This document shows, piece by piece, positions 38,487 to 48,686 of a stretch of DNA of 64,000 bases. The stretch is from assembly GCA_000092065.1 (NCBI GenBank), contig CP000584.1. The stretch is one strand, 5' to 3'. The translations under genes and the position numbers were made by a program. Position 1 is the first letter of the stretch. Each line of letters starts with the position of its first letter. Below the pieces are notes generated by a model. The model made no database searches and was not told the DNA's origin. It saw nothing but the letters and a program-made list of their open reading frames with translations. Source of the DNA: Ostreococcus lucimarinus (Eukaryota).

Positions 38487-40352
38487 ATGTCTCGCAAGGG
38501 CGGATGGGGACGCGGGGACGAGGATGATTATTACGACGATTACGACGACGACGAGGCGTACGACGACGACGACGAGGCGTACGACGACGACGACGAAGCC
38601 GCAGGCGCCGGGCGCGAGGCCCTCGAGCGAGCCGAGGATGGCGAGCGCGCGACGACGGGCGCGAGGGCGGCGAAGACGAGCAAGGCGATGGAGTTGATGA
38701 AGACGAAACCGACGCCCACGCGCGTGGGGATGAAAGAGATCGAGGCGCGGATGGCGGCGGAGAGAAACGCGAGGTATCCCGCGGCGCCGCGCGGGCCGAG
38801 CGGAGGCGGCGCGAGCGCGGGGAAGTTTGCGTTCGATACGCCTTCACCGGACGCGGCAGCGGCGGCGGCGCGAGCGCGGGGGAGTAAGTCTGGGGCGAGC
38901 GCGGCGATGGAAACGACGGAAACGCTCGTGAAAGAATTTGCGGCCAAGACGCGAGTCGGCGGCGACGCGACCGCGTTTGCGGGATACGAAGCTTCGAGCG
39001 CCGAGCGCGCGGCGTACACCTCACCGGAGGGCGGTGACGTGCACGTCGTGATATTAGGACACGTTGATGCGGGGAAATCGACGCTTAGTGGGCGATTGAT
39101 GTACGCTTTGAAAGCGGTCGATGACAGAGCGATGCATAAAAACGTGCGCGATTCCAAGGCGAGCGGGAAATCGTCGTTCGCCTGGGCTTGGGTGATGGAC
39201 TGTAGACCGGAAGAACGAGAGCGCGGGGTGACGATAGACGTCAGCATGAAGCGATGTGTGTTAGATGGACATCGACAGTTGGTAGTTTTAGATGCTCCTG
39301 GGCACAAAGATTTCGTGCCGAACGCGATTTCCGGCGCGTCGCAAGCCGACGCGGGCGTTTTGGTCATTGACGGCGCGATGGGTGGATTTGAAAACGGTTT
39401 CGCTGCGACTCCAGGTCACACGGGACAAACGCGCGAGCACGCGCGATTGGCGCGGGCGCTTGGTTTACATTCCCTCATCGTCGTCATCAATAAGATGGAC
39501 TGCGTTGAGTATGGAGAGGAGCGATTTAGATTTGTCGTCGATGCGCTTCAAAACTTTCTCATCGACGACGTCGGTTTTAGCCAAGAACAGCTCACGTTCG
39601 TGCCGGTTTCGGGGATTGAGGGTACAAATATTTCGCCCGATGACGCGGCTGCATTGCCCGATGCATTGGCCTCGTGGTATCGAGGCCCGACGCTCGTAGA
39701 CGCGTTGCGAGCGGTTAAAATTCCATCTCGAGGAGCGCCGAAACCGCTTCGCATGCCAATCGCAGACATCATCACCGAAGTGCGCTCTCTCGGTGGAGCC
39801 GCGTGCGGTGGTAAGATCGAAGCTGGAAGCTTGATGAAAGGTCAAAAGCTACTCGTGATGCCGGCCAACGTTTCGGCCACTGTGAAGTGCGTGGAAGTGG
39901 ACGGAATAGCCGTCGACTTTGCGCCGATTGGCACATCCGTGGACGTCGGCTTGAGCGACGTGGATTCGCGGCATTTAGAAGTCGGGAGCGTTTTATGCCA
40001 TGCGTCGCATCCAATAACGCCCACGGATGAGATTGAAGTCCGTGTGCTCACGACGGACATGCTTCGTGTGCCTTTACTCAAAGGCTCAAGGGTTGTTTTG
40101 CATTCGCACATGCTCGCGTGCGACGCAACGATTGAGGAACTCGTCGCGCAAGTGGACACGGTGACGGGAGACGTGGTAAAGGCAAGTCCTCGGTGTATTA
40201 CGCGCGAACAGAGCGCTATTTTGCGTATTCGCACGTCTAGGAATATTTGCGTCGAACCGGTCGAGATTTCACCGACGTTAAGCCGCGTGACGCTTCGCAT
40301 GAATGGCAAAACCATGGCGCTCGGTGTGGTGACTGCGATTTGGCGCTCTTAG
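38487..40352 (+). CDS. HBS1: HBS1/eRF3-family translational GTPase (HBS1-like)
   Basis: ATG at 38487 (MSRKGGWGRGDEDDYYDDYDDDEAYDDDD) within track ORF 38436..40352. G1 GHVDAGKST, G2 RGVTID, G3 DAPGHKDF, G4 NKMD, GQTREHARLARALG. EF-Tu-like domains II/III follow. Confidence 0.85.
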   Translation: MSRKGGWGRGDEDDYYDDYDDDEAYDDDDEAYDDDDEAAGAGREALERAEDGERATTGARAAKTSKAMELMKTKPTPTRVGMKEIEARMAAERNARYPAAPRGPSGGGASAGKFAFDTPSPDAAAAAARARGSKSGASAAMETTETLVKEFAAKTRVGGDATAFAGYEASSAERAAYTSPEGGDVHVVILGHVDAGKSTLSGRLMYALKAVDDRAMHKNVRDSKASGKSSFAWAWVMDCRPEERERGVTIDVSMKRCVLDGHRQLVVLDAPGHKDFVPNAISGASQADAGVLVIDGAMGGFENGFAATPGHTGQTREHARLARALGLHSLIVVINKMDCVEYGEERFRFVVDALQNFLIDDVGFSQEQLTFVPVSGIEGTNISPDDAAALPDALASWYRGPTLVDALRAVKIPSRGAPKPLRMPIADIITEVRSLGGAACGGKIEAGSLMKGQKLLVMPANVSATVKCVEVDGIAVDFAPIGTSVDVGLSDVDSRHLEVGSVLCHASHPITPTDEIEVRVLTTDMLRVPLLKGSRVVLHSHMLACDATIEELVAQVDTVTGDVVKASPRCITREQSAILRIRTSRNICVEPVEISPTLSRVTLRMNGKTMALGVVTAIWRS

Positions 40353-40370
40353 TTGGCTAATTTCTAATTT

Positions 40371-41624
40371 CTACTTTGGAACGCCGTACACGACTTGATT
40401 CGCGCCTTCTATATCTAGATACTGTACTTCGCCCCCCGTTTTTCGCGCGAGATAATCCACGAGCGCCATTCTCTCGGTCACCGGCGCGCCGTCGCGGTCT
40501 CGTCTGTGCTTGAACAAATCCGGAAAGACGCAACACGGAACTACGGCGAACGGCTTACTGTATTGCAGCGCGAAATCGACGATCGCTTCGGTGGCCTGAT
40601 CTGGATGCATACCGATAATGGCCGAACAATCTTTGAACTGTGCGAAATTTTCACTGGAAAACTCTGTTCGAATTTGCTCGCACAGCATCGATTCCGCCTC
40701 CGGCGCCGTCGACTCGTCCGTCTTCAACTTCTTCTTCAGCCACTTGTGCTGTTTCTTGTTCAGCTTTCGCTCGCGCGGTTCGACAAGCGTGCTTTTGATT
40801 CCTAATTTTGTATGTAACTCAAACGACACATCGCCTCGTCCGCCCGCGACGTCCAAAACGCCGGTACCCGCGTTTAAAACTTCGGCGCCAAACTTTTCGA
40901 GCAAAAATTGCGCGAATCGCTGCGCACGCATTTGTTTGCTCGCCACCGAGTCTCCGTGCGGGTCCCCGCACTCTTTAGCCGCGATTTCCCGTCTATTCGC
41001 CTTACGCGCCGCGATCCATTCGCGTTGCACCGCTCGATCGTGCGCATACTTGCACTTGTCGCCTTTGGCGCAAAATGCGTTATTGATGAAGAACTTGCAC
41101 GCGCCGACGCTCGCTCCGTCGGCGACTCTCGAACTCGCCTCGCCGCCGATCCCACTCTCGCCTCCTTCGTTCGGGAGGTACAACTCGCGCTGAAACGCTT
41201 TCCCTGGATTCACTTTCGCCCACTCTTCGACGATCTCGACCACTTCCTCGCACGCCAACGACCACTCGCCGTGCGCGTTCGCCGCTCGCCGCGAGAGCGT
41301 CCCGCGAAACGCGCCCGTGTTCCCGAGCTTCAACGACGTCTTTTGCGCCCACGCCACGTCTTCGTGCGTCACGAACGCACCATGCGACGCCTTCACCACC
41401 ATTTCGATCAGCTCGCCAGCGCTCAACGCCGCGTGCGCCCGCGCGCGTCGTCCGTCGTCTCGCAAAGTCGCGTCGTCCGCGCCAACCGCCGCCGCATCGA
41501 GCGCGTCGTCCACGCGCACGTCGTAAAATGCCAAGCGCTTGCTCACGCGACGTCGACCGATGATGCGTCCGCGCACGATGACGTCAACCGCGCTCGCGCC
41601 GTCGTCGGCGGCGGCGGCGCGCAT
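40371..41624 (-). CDS. OB-fold + CCCH zinc finger + SAM-methyltransferase-like protein (probable RNA/tRNA methyltransferase)
   Basis: Full 417-aa track ORF (ATG at 41624). N-terminal aaRS-type OB string VIVRGRIIGRRRVSKRLAFYDVRVDD. CCCH finger CKFFINNAFCAKGDKCKYAHD. MTase motif I VLDVAGGRGDVSFEL. GMHPDQATE..PFAVVPCCV is reminiscent of TRM44-type enzymes (tentative). Confidence 0.75.
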   Translation of the reverse strand: MRAAAADDGASAVDVIVRGRIIGRRRVSKRLAFYDVRVDDALDAAAVGADDATLRDDGRRARAHAALSAGELIEMVVKASHGAFVTHEDVAWAQKTSLKLGNTGAFRGTLSRRAANAHGEWSLACEEVVEIVEEWAKVNPGKAFQRELYLPNEGGESGIGGEASSRVADGASVGACKFFINNAFCAKGDKCKYAHDRAVQREWIAARKANRREIAAKECGDPHGDSVASKQMRAQRFAQFLLEKFGAEVLNAGTGVLDVAGGRGDVSFELHTKLGIKSTLVEPRERKLNKKQHKWLKKKLKTDESTAPEAESMLCEQIRTEFSSENFAQFKDCSAIIGMHPDQATEAIVDFALQYSKPFAVVPCCVFPDLFKHRRDRDGAPVTERMALVDYLARKTGGEVQYLDIEGANQVVYGVPK

Positions 41625-41694
41625 GACTGCGCGACGCGATGCGACCGACGCGCGTCAAAGTGACGCGCTCGGGGCGACGACGACGCGCATCGGG

Positions 41695-43164
41695 ATGACG
41701 ACGTCGGTGACGCCGGCGCGCGGCGCGAGGTGTGCGCGAGGTGTGTCCGCGCGCGCTCTGGCGCGCGCAGACGACGCGCGACGCGCGACACACGCGCGCG
41801 GCGCGGCGTCGAACGCGATGGATAAAACGCGCGGCGAAACGACGACGACGACGACGACGAGACGAAGCGGTGGACGACGACGTGACGCGCGAGCGCGCGC
41901 GAGCGCAGATGATGTCGAAGAGCGTGTGACGTCGACGCGTGAAACCACGACGGGGCGGTTCGGGAATGGAAACACGACGAGACGAGACGCGCTCATGGCG
42001 GCGGCGAGCGCGGCGGCGCTGCGAGCGACGGGAGCAAACGCGGCGGATGACGACGCGCGACGGTTGTTCGAGCAGAGGTTCCCGGTGCTGTTTAAACCGT
42101 TCATCGGTCGTGGAACGCGCGCGACGGTGAAGCGAACGATCGTGCCGGGACAGATGTGGGCGTTTGAACAAAACATCGAGCTCGGCCCGCTCGAGACGAC
42201 GATTCGATGCGTGACGTGCAAGCTAAGCGACGGTTCGCTGTGGGTGCACGCGCCCTTAGCGCCGACGGAGGAGTTTTTTGAATTTGTGGAGAGTTGTGGG
42301 GATGGTACGAGCGCGTGCGTTCGATACGTCGTCGTGCCAACGTACGCGTTAGAGCATAAAATTTTCGCCAAGGATGCGCTCGCGCGATGGCGAGGCGCCA
42401 AGTTATACGCCTCGCCGGGGCAGTTTACGTTTCCCATTCGCGACGTCTCTGACGAAATAGTGTTCGGGAAAAAGGTGGACTTCGTATTACAAGGAAGTGA
42501 TTTAGACGTGAGATCGCCTGTAGCGGTGCCTTGGAAGGATGAGATCGAGTTTGAGACGCTCGAAGCGGGAACGTTTGACGTGGGATCGACGAAGCAGACG
42601 ATTTACGAGACCGCGTTTTTTCACAAACCAAGCAAGACTTTGATCGTCACCGACGCCTTGGCGCAGATCCCGATCGACCCTCCGGAGGCGAATTCCGTGG
42701 AAAAACTCTTAGTCGTCTCCCAGCGATCGACGGCGGACCCCGTGCCCGAGGACACGCCCGAGGCGCGTCGCGCCGGGTGGGAGAAAACGGCGTTGTTGGT
42801 GAGTTACTTTTTCCCCGAACACGAAGAGCTCGACCCGGCGGCGCCTGGGACGGTGATTTGGACAGACGGTTGGCACGACAACTTTCAAGCCCTCGCCGGT
42901 CGCTTGCTCGTTCCCCCGGTCGTGCGCACGCTGCTTTACGCTCAAAATCCCAACGCTGTTCGCCGTTGGGTAGCCGCCGTGAGCTCGAGGTGGGATTTTG
43001 AGCGCGTCGTCCCGGCGCATTGGGAGGCGCCCTTGGCGTGTTCCCCCGGTGATTTCAAGCGCGCGTTCGCATTTTTAGACGACGATGCGATCGATGCGTT
43101 TCCCGAGGGTGATTTAAAGCGCGGTTTGCAGCCCGTAGCTGACATAGTGCTGAAGAAAAAGTAG
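41695..43164 (+). CDS. DUF4336-family protein with a transit peptide plus twin-arginine (Tat) signal, probably thylakoid lumen
   Basis: Track ORF 41539..43164. Candidate ATGs are 41623 (overlaps the divergent ATG) and 41695. Tat-like NTTRRDALMAAASAAALRATGANA. DUF4336-like body (VPGQMWAFEQNIELGPLETTIRCV..LWVHAPLAPTEEF..TLIVTDAL..VPAHWEAP). Confidence 0.75.
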   Translation: MTTSVTPARGARCARGVSARALARADDARRATHARGAASNAMDKTRGETTTTTTTRRSGGRRRDARARASADDVEERVTSTRETTTGRFGNGNTTRRDALMAAASAAALRATGANAADDDARRLFEQRFPVLFKPFIGRGTRATVKRTIVPGQMWAFEQNIELGPLETTIRCVTCKLSDGSLWVHAPLAPTEEFFEFVESCGDGTSACVRYVVVPTYALEHKIFAKDALARWRGAKLYASPGQFTFPIRDVSDEIVFGKKVDFVLQGSDLDVRSPVAVPWKDEIEFETLEAGTFDVGSTKQTIYETAFFHKPSKTLIVTDALAQIPIDPPEANSVEKLLVVSQRSTADPVPEDTPEARRAGWEKTALLVSYFFPEHEELDPAAPGTVIWTDGWHDNFQALAGRLLVPPVVRTLLYAQNPNAVRRWVAAVSSRWDFERVVPAHWEAPLACSPGDFKRAFAFLDDDAIDAFPEGDLKRGLQPVADIVLKKK

Positions 43165-43230
43165 TACACGGTGTGTTTTACAACGCCGGCGTCGCTCGGC
43201 TGAGTCAGCATTCTTTCCAGTCATTCGCGC

Positions 43231-43280
43231 TCGTTCGTTCCTTCCTTCGTTCGTTCGTTCGTCCGTTCGTTCGTTCGCTC
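43231..43280. repeat. Imperfect (TCGT/TTCG)n tetranucleotide microsatellite in the spacer between two convergent genes
   Basis: tcgttcgttccttccttcgttcgttcgttcgtccgttcgttcgttcgctc. Confidence 0.85.
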
Positions 43281-43557
43281 ACTTCGCGGGATCGTTCCAG
43301 AGATTATTCACGTGCTTGCGCGGTGATCCTTTATCCCAGGACGATCGCCACACCTCTTCGTGTTTCGTCATCCCCGTCGTCCCCGTCGATGCGTTCGATT
43401 GCGTCGATGTCACGAACGAGCGGAACGCGTAATACGTCGCCACGCCGACGCCCGACGCGACGCACAGCGCGCCAAGACTCGTTCGCGGGAGTTTGAAGAG
43501 TTTATGATTACGCGCGTAATCTTCGTGAATCGTGTGCGCGCGATGTAAATCAACCAT
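43279..43557 (-). CDS. Small single-pass membrane protein (92 aa), possibly B12D/NDUFA4-like
   Basis: Only the last 92 codons of the 678-aa track ORF 43279..45315(-) look genuine: MVDLHRAHTIHEDYARNHKLFKLPRTSLGALCVASGVGVATYYAFRSF...KHVNNLWNDPAK (ATG at 43557). The rest of that ORF is Ser-rich antisense of the coiled-coil gene. The family call is weak. Confidence 0.45.
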   Translation of the reverse strand: MVDLHRAHTIHEDYARNHKLFKLPRTSLGALCVASGVGVATYYAFRSFVTSTQSNASTGTTGMTKHEEVWRSSWDKGSPRKHVNNLWNDPAK

Positions 43558-43765
43558 GGGTGATGGCGGCTCGCCGACGTCGAGGTGTGCCGACGCCGAC
43601 GCGGGCCGTTCGCGATGACGATTGGCCGTCGGCGCCGCGCGGCCGGTCGCACGTCGCGACGCGCGGTGAGGACGACGACGACGGGACGACGGGACGGGAC
43701 GACGACGACGGGACGACGACGACGGGACGACGGGACGACGGGACGACGCGCGCACCGCGCGCGCG

Positions 43766-46700
43766 ATGGACGACCGCGCGGTGTTTAAAGATGGCACGAA
43801 TGCGTCGCGTCGCCGAGGCGAGGACGCCGTGGAAACGATGCGCGAGAAGCTGGAGAAGACATCCATCAAAGCGTTGCGAGCGTTGGAGGCGAAAGACGCG
43901 GAGATCGCGCGATTGCGCGCGGAGCTGCGGGCGCGCGAGCGAAGAGAAGGGGCGACGACGGCGTTTGAACGGCGAAGACGCGCTCGACGCGGAGGCGAAG
44001 ACGAAGGTGAGATGAGCGATGAGGAGACGTTCGAGGACGAGGATCGGTATCGAAACGCGCGACGCGGTCGAACGTCGGCGTCGGCGTCGGCATCGGGCGC
44101 GCGCGTTGGGCAATTGGAACGGGAATTGGAAGACGAACGCGCCGTCGTCATTCGTTTGAGGCGAGAGCTGCGCGAGGCAAACGGAAACGCGGAAAGGCTT
44201 CGAGAGTCGCACGAAGAAGCGAAGAAGTTTGCGTTGGCGAGCGAAAAACACGCGGGGGCGTTGACAGAACGAATGCAGCGCTTGGTGTGCGCGCGAGATG
44301 AGCGGTGGAGCGAGCGCGAGAATGCGGCGGATGCCTCGGAGAGAGCGTTGTCGGCTCGCGTCGCCGCGCTGACGGTCGAAAGCGCGCGCGCGAGCGAAGA
44401 AGGCGAGCGATGGCGGGTAAAGGCGCAAGATTTAGAAGAAGAATTACGCTCAATCAAGGCTGCCACGTTCGAAACCGAGATCTTGAATGAAGAGGAGGAC
44501 GAAGACGCCGGCGCCGCAGAGTCGGCGCATCGATTGCGCGTTCGACTCGCCGAGACGCGTCTCGCGCTTCGCCAGGCGCTTGCCTCGGATAGCGCTGAAG
44601 CGAATACGATGGCATCATCGCAGACCAGCGAGCAAATCGGTGATGCGCTCTCGATGATGTCGCAATCATCGAGGATGACAGCGACTAAGAGCGCGCGAGA
44701 CAACGCCAAACTTGCCTCTGCTGAAGAGAAAATTTCTTCTCTCAAACGCGTCGTGAAGGAACTTAGAAGTACGAATAACTCGCAAGCGAACGAGCTCGGG
44801 CGATTGGAAATGCTATTGAGGGAACAAATCGCGTCGAGCAAACTCACGCTAGAGTCCGCGGAGGCGACTTCTGAAAACGCGACACACGAACGGGAATACT
44901 TCACCAACACCTTGCGCGAACGCGAAGAAGAATTACTCGTCTTGAGAGACACTTTATCGGTATTAGAAAGTGATCGTTCGCCTGCGACAGCAGATGGTGA
45001 TTGGCGGCGAGACGAAATGAATCGAGCGCGCGAGAAGATTATCGCCCTCGAGACTGAAAATGCGTCGCTCGTAAACGAGAGAGAGCTTCTCGCGGGCGAG
45101 GTGCGACAGTATCGCCACGAGCTCAAGGGTGAGTCGGAGCGCGCGGAGGCGTACGAGAGCATCGCCAAATCTGCGCGCCAGCGCGAAGAAATCTTGTTCG
45201 CACAACTCGAGTGGAAAACTGAAGAGTGCATCGCGTACATGGATGCGGAGCTTGAGCTGCTGAGTCGTTTAGACGACGCCGAGCGAGACAACTTGGATTT
45301 GGAAATCAGTCTCAAGTCGTGTGAGAAAGCGCTTCGACTGCAAGTCGAACGGTTGAGTCAATACAGCGCCACGCAGATCGGAGATTTGAAACGCAAAGTT
45401 CAACAGAGCGTGACGGATACCGTTTCAACAGACGCCGCGGCGAACTTTTGCCGCGGTATCCAAATCGCGCTGCGACAGACAGACGACGGGGAAACCACTG
45501 TCAATCAAAGACTTGAAGAAGCGCTCTTGGATGCGCAGCGCACGATTGCTCTGTTGGAGTGTACGTCTATTAAATACGAGAAGGCTTTTACTTCGGCTAT
45601 GAGGCACGTGGAGAAGGCGGAACATCGCAGCGAGTCGACAAAGACAGCGTTTGATCACGTGTGCGCCATTCTCGAACTTTCTCAAAAGTCGTACGCCTCT
45701 CTGAGCTCCAAGGCCATGAGTTCGTTGGAGAATCGACTCATGACGACGCACGCTCGCAACGTAAAGTTATCACAGATAATTGTGCGAGGCGAAACGGACA
45801 CGGGCGTCGAGCTTAACGAAATGGAGGAGGAACTGCGCGATCGCGACGAAAAGATTGAATTAATGAAGGCGCGCATCGACGAGCTCGAAGTCACGGGAAG
45901 CGAACTCATTGGCGCTCGCGAGTCGGCTGCGAGCGCTATGCAAGCCATGTCGGTGGCCCGCGATAAGGCGAAGAAGGAAGTGTTCGAGGAGCAGGATCGC
46001 TTGCGCGAAGCCCAGCGCACGATTGCCGAACTTAACGCCCGCGTTGCGCAGCTTCACGAAGAATTTCGGGCGTCGATATTAGAAGATCAGGCGGACCAAT
46101 TGCGCGCGTTAGTCGAAGAACAAGCGCAGACGATCGCATCGGCGTCTATGGAGCTAGAGAAACGAGTGAATGCGGAAACGCATGCGCAGGAGAGACTGGC
46201 AGAAATCACACGAGAGCTCGAAGCGACGCGTGAAAGCTTTGAGCGAGCGACTGCAGAGCTCGAAGAAGTACGGGAATCTCGCGCAAAGCTCGTCGAGCGG
46301 ACAGATGGACAATCTGAACACCCTGATGTCGTGACAAAATTGAGCCAGCGCACATCCGAGCTCGAAAAAGCGATTGAGGTTCGAGACGATCGAATCAGAG
46401 AATTGGAAAAGTCGGCGCGCTTCGAGACGGCTTTGGCGACAAAGGGAACGACGGCGACGCTTGGTGCGAAAGTTGATCCTCACGATGCGGAAAGCTTAGT
46501 CACTGTCGCGCTCAAAGACAACCGAGCGGCTGCTGTCGTCGCAGCCGCTGCGCGTGACGAAGTCGATCGACTGAAGGAAGAAATCAGATGGCGTGATGAC
46601 GCCTTGGCTGCCGTCGGCGCGTCGACGACAAATGTCGCGATGGACGAATCCACGCGAACTGAACTCGAAAATATCAAGTCTCTTCTCGAAGGCGCGTTCA

Positions 46701-47887
46701 AGCAACACGAAGGACGGTTATCAGAAACCAATCGCTTGGTCGCGCGCGACACATCGACTTTGCAAGCATACGCCGAGGTAATGACGGCGAGGCTGCTCAA
46801 CTTGGAAGCCGAAATCGCGGAACAAAAGCGAAAAGAAGAGGAATGGCAGGCGAGCAACATGCCGGGCGATGATGAGCGTCGCGCGCACGTGGAAAGATGT
46901 AAGCGCTACAGAGAGCTCATGCAACGCCTGCGTCAGGAGCACGAACGCGAGCGAAATAAACTGTTGGAATTCGTCAAGGAGTCGGAAGCAAAGATTGCCG
47001 ATTTGACCAGGCGCGTGCAGAGCAGCTGGGCAGGAGAATCCGAGGCTGAAGTCGCCAATCTCAACGCGCAGCTCGTGCGCGCAAATCAACGAATCGAAGA
47101 GCTCGAACGTCAGCTAAAAACCAAGCAACTCGCCGTCGACGCGACAGAAGGCGGTTTCACTTTGCTCACAGAAGTCGAATCCGCCGACGCAGAACTTCGA
47201 GACACCAGCGCCAAGCTCGCGACGAGCGTCGAAGAAGCCGCTCGACTTCGCGATGAACTCGAACAGTGCAAGACGCAAATCGAGTCGATGAGGGAAGAAA
47301 CGAAGAAAGCTGTGGAGAAGCAGCTGACGACCCGATTCCGGCGCGAGCTGGCGAGACACGAAGATGAGATCGAGCGATTGCGCGAACGTTGCTCGGCGTT
47401 CGCACCGCCGTGCGCATCCCTGGTTGAGGCTGTGCGCAAGATGTCGATACGCTTGTTGCGTATGTCAGCCGCTGTGGCGCACATGTCGAGACAAGCCCAA
47501 GGCAAGCAGTCGATATCAGAAACCCTGATGGCGAAAGATGCGAACGAAGTTGCTTCTTTGGTCGGGTTGTCGCTCGAGGAAATCACCTCGGTGTTTGCAG
47601 TGCAAAACATTCGTTCCGACGGTTCCGCGGATGAAGCGAAAACGGCGCTGAGCATGTTGGATTCACCGGAAAATATCGCCGCTGCGATCGCGTGGTGCGA
47701 GGCGCGTACCTTGCAACTCAACGACGCTTTGACATCGGAGGCTCCGATTGCCGAAGTCTGGAGAGACGATGCACTCGACGCCGTGACGTCGCTCGTGCAC
47801 GATCAAGCGAGCGCGGCTGAGACGTGCCTTCGCGAGTCCACGCCCGAACTTCAACGCTGGTGGATGGGATTAGCTACTAGTGACTAG
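43766..47887 (+). CDS. Large coiled-coil protein (1,373 aa)
   Basis: Full track ORF with ATG. It is E/R/L/A/K-rich with a heptad-like character throughout (e.g. ELEDERAVVIRLRRELREANGNAERLRESHEEAKK, LEATRESFERATAELEEVRESRAKL). No enzymatic motif seen. Confidence 0.75.
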   Translation: MDDRAVFKDGTNASRRRGEDAVETMREKLEKTSIKALRALEAKDAEIARLRAELRARERREGATTAFERRRRARRGGEDEGEMSDEETFEDEDRYRNARRGRTSASASASGARVGQLERELEDERAVVIRLRRELREANGNAERLRESHEEAKKFALASEKHAGALTERMQRLVCARDERWSERENAADASERALSARVAALTVESARASEEGERWRVKAQDLEEELRSIKAATFETEILNEEEDEDAGAAESAHRLRVRLAETRLALRQALASDSAEANTMASSQTSEQIGDALSMMSQSSRMTATKSARDNAKLASAEEKISSLKRVVKELRSTNNSQANELGRLEMLLREQIASSKLTLESAEATSENATHEREYFTNTLREREEELLVLRDTLSVLESDRSPATADGDWRRDEMNRAREKIIALETENASLVNERELLAGEVRQYRHELKGESERAEAYESIAKSARQREEILFAQLEWKTEECIAYMDAELELLSRLDDAERDNLDLEISLKSCEKALRLQVERLSQYSATQIGDLKRKVQQSVTDTVSTDAAANFCRGIQIALRQTDDGETTVNQRLEEALLDAQRTIALLECTSIKYEKAFTSAMRHVEKAEHRSESTKTAFDHVCAILELSQKSYASLSSKAMSSLENRLMTTHARNVKLSQIIVRGETDTGVELNEMEEELRDRDEKIELMKARIDELEVTGSELIGARESAASAMQAMSVARDKAKKEVFEEQDRLREAQRTIAELNARVAQLHEEFRASILEDQADQLRALVEEQAQTIASASMELEKRVNAETHAQERLAEITRELEATRESFERATAELEEVRESRAKLVERTDGQSEHPDVVTKLSQRTSELEKAIEVRDDRIRELEKSARFETALATKGTTATLGAKVDPHDAESLVTVALKDNRAAAVVAAAARDEVDRLKEEIRWRDDALAAVGASTTNVAMDESTRTELENIKSLLEGAFKQHEGRLSETNRLVARDTSTLQAYAEVMTARLLNLEAEIAEQKRKEEEWQASNMPGDDERRAHVERCKRYRELMQRLRQEHERERNKLLEFVKESEAKIADLTRRVQSSWAGESEAEVANLNAQLVRANQRIEELERQLKTKQLAVDATEGGFTLLTEVESADAELRDTSAKLATSVEEAARLRDELEQCKTQIESMREETKKAVEKQLTTRFRRELARHEDEIERLRERCSAFAPPCASLVEAVRKMSIRLLRMSAAVAHMSRQAQGKQSISETLMAKDANEVASLVGLSLEEITSVFAVQNIRSDGSADEAKTALSMLDSPENIAAAIAWCEARTLQLNDALTSEAPIAEVWRDDALDAVTSLVHDQASAAETCLRESTPELQRWWMGLATSD

Positions 47888-47921
47888 GGAATGTATTATT
47901 TTCACTATTTTCACTATTTTC

Positions 47922-48412
47922 CTACGCTAATTTTCCCGCCTTCTGTAGCGCGATGCGTGCCTCGACCCGCGCCTTCGCGATTTGTGAATTTATCGCCGCC
48001 TGTCGCGCCTCGTCCGCTGGCGGTGGGGCCACGACGGGTTGTTGCGGACCAGCGCTGTGAAACGAGATTCCGTTTCGCTTGGCGAGGTACTTCTCCGTGA
48101 CCCGCTTCTGTTCATCAGCGAGCGCACGAGCGAAATCTTCCTCCTCCACTGGCGATTCGTCAAACGCAAATTTTGCCCCAGTGGCGAACGCGTCGCTCGC
48201 CGACACTCCATCTCGCGCGCAGGTCTCCATGAACTCTGGGTTCCTAAAAGTCGATGACGTGAACATCAACGCGCTCGGCGTCACGCCTCGTCGTCTCGCG
48301 ACGATTAAGAGGTCGTTCACTCTCTGTTGCGTCGCCTTCGTCTCCTCGCTCGTCTCGCTCGTCTCGCTCGTCGTCGCCCCGTATCTCGCCGCGATCGCCG
48401 CCACCCACGCGT

Positions 48413-48498
<86 letters not shown>

Positions 48499-48686
48499 CG
48501 ATCATCGACGTTCACCCTCGTCGTCATCGCCGTCGGTCGCGCCGGTCCCACGAACGCATCCTCGCCGTCGCTCGTCGCTTCGTCCGCCGTCTGCCGCGCC
48601 GATCCAGCGCGCGCCGGTCCCACGAAGCCACCGTCGTCGCCGTCGCCGTCGTCGCTGCTTCCGTACTCTCCCACGAACGCGTCCAT
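47922..48686 (-). CDS. HCNGP/SAP30BP-like protein (tentative) with an acidic D/G repeat
   Basis: ATG at 48686 (MDAFVGEYGSSDDGDGDDGG) within track ORF 47922..49571(-). The C-terminal part, TSSTFRNPEFMETCARDGVSASDAFATGAKFAFD, resembles the HCNGP domain. DDGDDGDDD is encoded by an imperfect 9/27-nt repeat at ~48411-48500. Confidence 0.55.

Noticed and set aside
43558-45315. Upstream 586 aa of the 678-aa minus-strand ORF 43279..45315
   Set aside because: It is extremely Ser/Arg/Ala-rich and exactly antisense to a well-formed coiled-coil gene. Only the last 92 codons (43279-43557), which lie outside that gene, look like a real protein.
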